Of a DNA stretch of 64,000 nucleotides, positions 58,050 to 64,000 are shown in pieces. This stretch comes from an uncultured archaeon (GTDB lineage Archaea > Asgardarchaeota > Heimdallarchaeia > Heimdallarchaeales > Kariarchaeaceae): NCBI GenBank assembly GCA_964645535.1, contig CAZYCQ010000006.1:1-64000 (forward strand), given 5' to 3'. The position numbers and the translations under genes are program-made. Position 1 is the stretch's first letter; every line of letters begins with the position of its first letter. Below the pieces are notes generated by a model. It did no database searches and was not told the DNA's origin. It saw only the letters and a list, made by a program, of their open reading frames with translations.

Positions 58050-59912
58050 TTGAGGATTTCAGGCATTTCCGAAGAACTTACCCTTATAATCTTGCGATGC
58101 ATGGTTCGTGAGATGACTTCGCCCCATCTTTCATGGTTTCGGATACAGAAGGAATTGTTCAAGATTTCAAAACCACACATTCATCTTTTCATTATCGGCA
58201 TCATTGCAATGATAGGAGGGGTTCAACTCGGTCTTTTTACAAGTGTTGTATTTGCCTACTTCATCGATGACATAATTGTAGGTGGCAACAAGGAAAGATT
58301 TTGGATTTATCCTGTGGCCTTTATTGGATTGACGTTGCTTCAGAGTGTCTTCAATTACGGCAATAGATATTTCAATGACAAAGGAGGTTTTGTGACCACA
58401 TTCGACCTAAGAAACATCATGTTCGAGAAACTTCAGCGACAGTCATTGGCAAAAATGGCAAAGGAGACCCCAGGAGAAATTCTTGCAAAGATGACCTCCG
58501 ATATTGAGATAATTAGATCATATCTGTCAAGAAATTTTCGTGTGGGACTGAATGCAATTTATTATTGGGTGAGCATCGGGCTCACCATTTATCTAATCAA
58601 TCCAGTCATCCTATTGATTTACCTATTGATATTGCCTTTTCTTCTTACGATTTCAGTATTTTATGGAAGGACAGTTCGCCCAATCATCAAGTCAAGGCAG
58701 AAGGAATTTGGGAAAATCTCCAATGACATTCAGGAAAAAATTGCAGGAATTGAAATAATCAAAGCATTCGGAACTGAAGAGATGGAAACAGAGAAATTCG
58801 AACAGAAAGCGCGAAGGTATCTCAGTCTTTTCCTCAAGGCAGTCATTGTTAGGCAGTTGTCCATCCCTTTGGCAGTGTTGTTCATTTCCATTGCTTCAGT
58901 TGCAGTTGTCATGCAAGGAGGGATACTGTTGATCAATAATCCCTCCATCCCATTAACATTGGGAGAATTGATTTTGATCAACCTATTCATGCTTCAATTG
59001 AGAACACCAACAAGGCTTTTCGGGAATTTTTTGACAGGTATAAATTCAGTGACTGTGGCGGGTCAGAGAATATTTTCATTTATTTATGCTGAAGAGGACG
59101 TAAAAGATGCTGAGAACGCCACTGAGTTGAAGGTCAAATCCGGAGAAATTGAGTTCGAGAAAGTTTCTTTTGTCTATCCCAATGGAAGAAAGGTTCTGGT
59201 GGATCTTTCATTCAAGATCGAGGGGGCTTCCACAATTGCCATTCTTGGTCCGTCGGGAAGTGGCAAATCTACACTTGTTCAACTCATCCCTCGGTTCTAT
59301 GATCCAACACAGGGAAGCATCAGCATTGATGGAGTGAATATCAAGGAAGTCACGCTTGAATCCTTAAGGAGAAATATTGGGTTTGTCGCTCAAGAAACCT
59401 ATCTTTTTTCTCGAACCATCAGAGAAAACATTGCATTTGGAAAGCCTGACGCGACTATGGAGGAGGTTATTGAGGCTGCCAAGTTGGCAAAAGCCCATGA
59501 TTTCATTGAAAAACTGCCAAACGGATATGAAACGATAATTGGTGAGAGGGGGATTACTCTCTCAGGAGGTCAGCAACAGCGGATTGCGATTGCTCGAGCC
59601 CTGCTGACCAAGCCAAAAATTCTGATTTTTGATGATAGTACAAGCTCAGTCGATGCTCAAACGGAACATGAGCTCCAGCAAGAAATTTCAACCCTTTTTG
59701 AAGGGCGAACCATAATCATAGTCACTCAAAAGTTATCCTCCATTCGTTATGCAGACAAAATTTTGGTTTTAGATGATGGGTATCTAGTGGAATATGGGAC
59801 ACATGATGAACTCATGAAAAACAGGAAAATTTACCATGAAATATTCCAAGTTCAGAGTTCAATTGAATTGGAGGAAGAAAGATTGCATCTTCTAAAGGAG
59901 GGAATGAAATAA
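58050..59912 (+). CDS. ABC exporter, TMD-NBD subunit with degenerate Walker B/H-loop
   Basis: GPSGSGKS, LSGGQ, IFDDST (E to D), VTQK (H to Q); true start may be downstream of 58050. Confidence 0.93.
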   Translation: MRISGISEELTLIILRCMVREMTSPHLSWFRIQKELFKISKPHIHLFIIGIIAMIGGVQLGLFTSVVFAYFIDDIIVGGNKERFWIYPVAFIGLTLLQSVFNYGNRYFNDKGGFVTTFDLRNIMFEKLQRQSLAKMAKETPGEILAKMTSDIEIIRSYLSRNFRVGLNAIYYWVSIGLTIYLINPVILLIYLLILPFLLTISVFYGRTVRPIIKSRQKEFGKISNDIQEKIAGIEIIKAFGTEEMETEKFEQKARRYLSLFLKAVIVRQLSIPLAVLFISIASVAVVMQGGILLINNPSIPLTLGELILINLFMLQLRTPTRLFGNFLTGINSVTVAGQRIFSFIYAEEDVKDAENATELKVKSGEIEFEKVSFVYPNGRKVLVDLSFKIEGASTIAILGPSGSGKSTLVQLIPRFYDPTQGSISIDGVNIKEVTLESLRRNIGFVAQETYLFSRTIRENIAFGKPDATMEEVIEAAKLAKAHDFIEKLPNGYETIIGERGITLSGGQQQRIAIARALLTKPKILIFDDSTSSVDAQTEHELQQEISTLFEGRTIIIVTQKLSSIRYADKILVLDDGYLVEYGTHDELMKNRKIYHEIFQVQSSIELEEERLHLLKEGMK

Positions 59913-61708
59913 TGCATTTTGGAAACTCCTCGGATAGAAGGGAACATGGAACGGATGCTTCAGACTGGGAATTGCTGAAATTCAGTATGGGATATGTCAA
60001 GGATCACAAATACAAGGCCATTACAGCCTTGGTCGTGGTGATACTCAGTGTTTTAATAAATTTGCTCCCGGAGCTGTTCCTGAAAAAAATATTTGATGAG
60101 GACATTCCCAATGGAAATGTGGGAGCAATTCTTTCAGATGGAGGGATCATGATAGGATTGTATGTATTTTCGTGGATTTTGGGTTTTCTTAATGCGTACC
60201 TGATCACCTATATCGGTCAGGGGTCGACTTTCCGAATGCGTACAGACATGTTTCAGAAACTGATGAAACAATCAATGAAATATTTTGAGACACATAAATC
60301 AGGTCAGATCAACTCTAGGATAACCAATGATGTCAACACCCTGTCAAATTTCCTTGGAAGTTCGTTCATTGACATCGTTTCTGCTGTTCTCCAGTTGATA
60401 GGCATTGTGTCCATCATGATTTTTTTGGACGTTGAATTGGGCATGATCAGTCTTTCAATCATCCCTCTTATGATTGTTCTGGCCATTTTCATAAGGGGGC
60501 CGATAAGAAGGATTTCCCAAAAGAGGCGCCAATCCGTTGCAGAGGTAACATCAAATCTTGCTGAAAATATTTCCGGACAAAAGGTATCAAAAGCTTTTGC
60601 CCGTGAAAAAGAAAACACAAAGGAGTTTGAAAAGGTCAACCGGAGGAATCTTGAGGTTCACATGAAAGCGACATCACTTTTTGCCTTAATTCAACCGCTT
60701 TTTGTGGTGATTGGATCGTTAAGCACTGTGATTCTTATGACCTATACAGGATTAAATCCATCAAAATATTCTGTTGGCACAGTTGTCACCTTCAATGCCT
60801 ATCTGAGCAGGTTTTTCTTTCCAGTGATCATTTTGACGATGTTTTACAGCAATTATCAATCAGCTCTTGCATCACTTGAAAGGATCTATATCTTCCTTTC
60901 AGAACCGGTTGAGATTGAGGACAAGGTCAACTCCTCCCCCCTTAAGGTTGGAAAAGGAGAGATTGTGTTTGAGGATGTGGATTTTGGATATTCGCCAGAC
61001 TTACTGATATTCCAAGGACTTTCTCTAAAGATTGAAGGAGGGAAAAGAACTGCGATTGTTGGGTCTACGGGAGCGGGCAAATCAACATTAATCAAACTTA
61101 TTGTCCGGTTCTATGATCCATTAGTCGGAAGAGTAATGATCGATGGTCAGGATCTGACAGAAGTGGCATTGAAATCGATCAGGGAACAGATAGGATTGAT
61201 TCCTCAAAGACCATTTCTTTTCAAGGGGACAATTTATGAAAATCTTACATATGGTACGACAATGGTTTCCCAAGAGACTGTTGAAGAGGTGGCTGAACTC
61301 ATTGGATTGAAGCCGTTGATTTCGAATCTTCCGAATGGATATGAAACGATGATCGAAGAGGGAGGGGAATCATTATCTTTAGGGCAACGACAATTGATTG
61401 CATTTGGAAGGGTATTGATACATAATCCGAAAATCTTAATATTGGATGAGGCTACAAGCTCAATGGATTCAATTTCCGAATTGAAGATCCAGAAGGCGCT
61501 TGATCTGGTGAGCAGGGATCGTACAACGGTCATTATCGCTCACCGATTATCGACAATCAAATCCGCAGATAGGATTTTGGTGATTGAAGAGGGAAGGATC
61601 ATCGAGGATGGAACCCATTTATCCCTGTTGGAAAAGAGAGGACGTTATTTGGAGCTTTACAAAAAACAATTGCAACAGACGGAAGTTCATCAAATAACAG
61701 ACGAATAA
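59912..61708 (+). CDS. ABC exporter, TMD-NBD partner subunit
   Basis: GSTGAGKS, LSLGQ, ILDEAT, IAHR; 1-nt overlap with the upstream gene. Confidence 0.93.
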   Translation: MHFGNSSDRREHGTDASDWELLKFSMGYVKDHKYKAITALVVVILSVLINLLPELFLKKIFDEDIPNGNVGAILSDGGIMIGLYVFSWILGFLNAYLITYIGQGSTFRMRTDMFQKLMKQSMKYFETHKSGQINSRITNDVNTLSNFLGSSFIDIVSAVLQLIGIVSIMIFLDVELGMISLSIIPLMIVLAIFIRGPIRRISQKRRQSVAEVTSNLAENISGQKVSKAFAREKENTKEFEKVNRRNLEVHMKATSLFALIQPLFVVIGSLSTVILMTYTGLNPSKYSVGTVVTFNAYLSRFFFPVIILTMFYSNYQSALASLERIYIFLSEPVEIEDKVNSSPLKVGKGEIVFEDVDFGYSPDLLIFQGLSLKIEGGKRTAIVGSTGAGKSTLIKLIVRFYDPLVGRVMIDGQDLTEVALKSIREQIGLIPQRPFLFKGTIYENLTYGTTMVSQETVEEVAELIGLKPLISNLPNGYETMIEEGGESLSLGQRQLIAFGRVLIHNPKILILDEATSSMDSISELKIQKALDLVSRDRTTVIIAHRLSTIKSADRILVIEEGRIIEDGTHLSLLEKRGRYLELYKKQLQQTEVHQITDE

Positions 61709-61778
61709 GCTACGCGAGGCAGTGAACCTTTAGTAGTGCTTTTTAATAATGGTGAAAATGGGAAGTTAGGAGAATAAA

Positions 61779-61940
61779 ATGCCAGTTGCAAATCCCGTAC
61801 ATAGAGAAATAGCAAGAAGCGTTTTGGTTGACAAATGGGTATGCCGCAAATGCTATGCTTCTAATCCTATTGGAGCACGCAGATGCAGGAAGAAGAGGTG
61901 CAGATCACCCAATCTGAGACCCAAGAAATACAAGACATAA
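61779..61940 (+). CDS. rpl40e: Ribosomal protein L40e (not in the ORF track)
   Basis: Translates to MPVANPVHREIARSVLVDKWVCRKCYASNPIGARRCRKKRCRSPNLRPKKYKT (53 aa, four-Cys zinc finger, LRPKK); AGGAG Shine-Dalgarno. Confidence 0.93.
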   Translation: MPVANPVHREIARSVLVDKWVCRKCYASNPIGARRCRKKRCRSPNLRPKKYKT

Positions 61941-61953
61941 TCAGGTTTCATAC

Positions 61954-62946
61954 ATGTTGAAGTTTGTCGACCTATTTTCTGGTGGTGGCGGCTCTTCAGC
62001 AGGTTACCACATGGCAGGACTAAAAACAGCTTTTGCAATAGATAGTGAATACCACTGTGTTCAAACATATCGTGCAAATTTCGGAGATGTCATAGTTCAT
62101 GGAGATGTCAGCAAACTCCATTCCTATGCCATTTTAGATCGTATAGGAAATGAGAGACCATTCTTAGTCAATGCATCTCCCCCTTGTGAACCCTACACGA
62201 CGGCAAATAGCAAACGTGTCAAGGATCCATATATGAGAATGTTTGACGATCCCACAGGCAGATTGATGATTCATGCCATCAGATTAATTGGAGATTTGGA
62301 ACCGGAATATTATGTCATAGAAAATGTGATGGGGATTCTCGAAGGGGAAAATGCGGATTTGATTGCGGATGAGTTTGAACGGTTGGGTTACAATCGTCCT
62401 TATTTCAATGTAATTGAGGCTCATGAATGGGGGGTGCCGTCCCGACGAACGCGTGTCTTCATTTCGAATGTCAAGCTCAAATCACCTAGATTACCACTTC
62501 AGACGGTTCGTGATGCCATCGGGGATTTGCCTCCACCTCAATACCCAAATGATTATTCATGGCATGAATTCATCCCCCTTCCATCCAAACATACCCACAA
62601 GGTTGTTGGATTAACTGAAGGGCAGGGACTGGTATTTTTCAGGGGAGCCAAGCGAGACCACAAGAATTTCATACGGCTAAGTTTTGATAAGGTTGGGGAG
62701 GTTGTCATGGGAAAATCAAGATTTGTACATCCCACCGAAGATCGACTATTGACACCTCGGGAACATGCACGGCTTATGACTTTTCCAGACAGCCATAAAT
62801 TGGTCGGAAGTCTTGAAGAGGTATATGACATAGTGGGTGAAGCAGTTCCAAGCCAAGTAGCATTTCAGATTGCCCGACAACTATTGGAACATTATGGGAT
62901 TAAACAAGAGGAAATCGAAGCCAACATGTCATTCTCTGGAAAATAG
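61954..62946 (+). CDS. DNA (cytosine-5)-methyltransferase, orphan
   Basis: DLFSGGGG (motif I), SPPCE (IV), ENV (VI), RRTRVF (VIII), LTPREHARL (IX), GEAVP (X). Confidence 0.92.
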   Translation: MLKFVDLFSGGGGSSAGYHMAGLKTAFAIDSEYHCVQTYRANFGDVIVHGDVSKLHSYAILDRIGNERPFLVNASPPCEPYTTANSKRVKDPYMRMFDDPTGRLMIHAIRLIGDLEPEYYVIENVMGILEGENADLIADEFERLGYNRPYFNVIEAHEWGVPSRRTRVFISNVKLKSPRLPLQTVRDAIGDLPPPQYPNDYSWHEFIPLPSKHTHKVVGLTEGQGLVFFRGAKRDHKNFIRLSFDKVGEVVMGKSRFVHPTEDRLLTPREHARLMTFPDSHKLVGSLEEVYDIVGEAVPSQVAFQIARQLLEHYGIKQEEIEANMSFSGK

Positions 62947-62986
62947 ATTTAAAATCTCCACAGAAAAATAAACATGGGTAAAGTAA

Positions 62987-64000
62987 ATGGGAAGAAGCTA
63001 TTCCAATGCAGATATTGACCAACTCCTTCTAGGGGAAGGGGAATCGATGACCGGTGACATGGGGATGTTTTTCCTGAAGGGGTGCCTTGAATCTGGAATT
63101 AGTTATGCCGCAGGATATCCAGGGGCACCAACTTCGAATGTCATGGATCTTTTGGGAGATGCCCAGAATAGAGTTCTTGAGAAATATGGAATTTATTTTG
63201 AACCTTCGATTAATGAAGCTGCCGCTGCCACAAAGCTATATCTTTCAATCAATGAACCAATACGGGGTTTTGTCAATTGGAAAGTTGTTGGAACCAATGT
63301 AGCTTCTGATGTGCTTGCACATATTAGTTCAAGCGGTGTCAAAGGTGGAGCGATTGTCCTTATTGGAGAGGACGAAGAATGCATTTCAACCACGGTTCAG
63401 ATGAAAAGCCATGTTTATGCCAAAGGGTTTTTCCTTCCAATAATTGATCCGATAGCCTCTCCGGAACATATTCTTCAAATCACGAAAAAAGCCTTTCAAT
63501 TGTCGGAAGCATGCAATCAACCAGTAATGATGCTGTTCAGATCCTTGAGCAGCAACATGATCGGAACTTCCTTGGTTGGAGATAATGTAGGTCCTTCAAT
63601 TTCCATCAATAAGAGAAAGAAGGATTTTCAACCGGATCTCTCTAGAGTACCCATTCCACCGGATACCTTGATTCATGCCAAAGAGAAATACAAAGCTAGG
63701 AAACCCAAGGCGATACAGTTTATTCGGGAAAACAAACTTAATAGGTTAGACAAGGGCAAACAGACCTCAAGAATAGGGATTATCACCCATGGAGGGGTTT
63801 TCAATTCTCTATTGACTACATTGACTGAATTAGGGTTGGCAAATATTCTCGGAGAAGTTGCAATTGACTTGCTTACATTGAATGTAATCTTCCCATTGGA
63901 TCCTGAGGAAATCAAGTCATTCCTGGAAGGGAAAGAAACTGTTTTGGTTGTGGAACAAGGTGAACCCAATTTTATTGAACAGGAAGTCAAGAATATTGCT
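62987..64000 (+). CDS. iorA: Indolepyruvate:ferredoxin oxidoreductase alpha subunit family (partial, runs off the window)
   Basis: MGRSYSNAD...GCLESGISYAAGYPGAPTS, SINEAAAA, WKVVGTNVASD, LVVEQGEPNFIE. Confidence 0.8.
   Translation, partial: MGRSYSNADIDQLLLGEGESMTGDMGMFFLKGCLESGISYAAGYPGAPTSNVMDLLGDAQNRVLEKYGIYFEPSINEAAAATKLYLSINEPIRGFVNWKVVGTNVASDVLAHISSSGVKGGAIVLIGEDEECISTTVQMKSHVYAKGFFLPIIDPIASPEHILQITKKAFQLSEACNQPVMMLFRSLSSNMIGTSLVGDNVGPSISINKRKKDFQPDLSRVPIPPDTLIHAKEKYKARKPKAIQFIRENKLNRLDKGKQTSRIGIITHGGVFNSLLTTLTELGLANILGEVAIDLLTLNVIFPLDPEEIKSFLEGKETVLVVEQGEPNFIEQEVKNIA

Noticed and set aside
58050-61708. Degenerate nucleotide-binding site in the ABC pair as a novelty
   Set aside because: Asymmetric sites are the established norm for heterodimeric exporters of the TM287/288 type.

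Overview
A gene-dense archaeal chromosomal segment, very likely from an Asgard archaeon (Heimdallarchaeia-like). This assignment is inferred from an aEF-2p-type elongation factor 2 paralog, three longin-like/membrane fusion proteins, an EMC6-like protein, an Rpn11/CSN5-like JAMM protease, rpl40e and an intron-containing tRNA-Lys. Most of the window is housekeeping or metabolic: bacterial-type TPI and citrate synthase, AMP phosphorylase, Sua5, HisRS, PMM/PGM, MoeA, a heterodimeric ABC exporter, an orphan Dcm and the start of IorA. It also carries a split type IV pilus-like locus and several surface proteins. The most unusual area is about 46-52 kb, which holds a degenerate four-repeat CRISPR-like mini-array with no adjacent cas genes (the only cas gene is a solo cas6 37 kb away), a long ORF lacking a standard start codon, tRNA-Lys(UUU), and a very sharp strand-composition inversion (A/C-rich to G/T-rich on the + strand, independent of gene direction). 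That inversion suggests a replication origin without a visible cdc6/orc1 gene or ORB boxes. All functional calls come from motif recognition by eye; no database searches were run.
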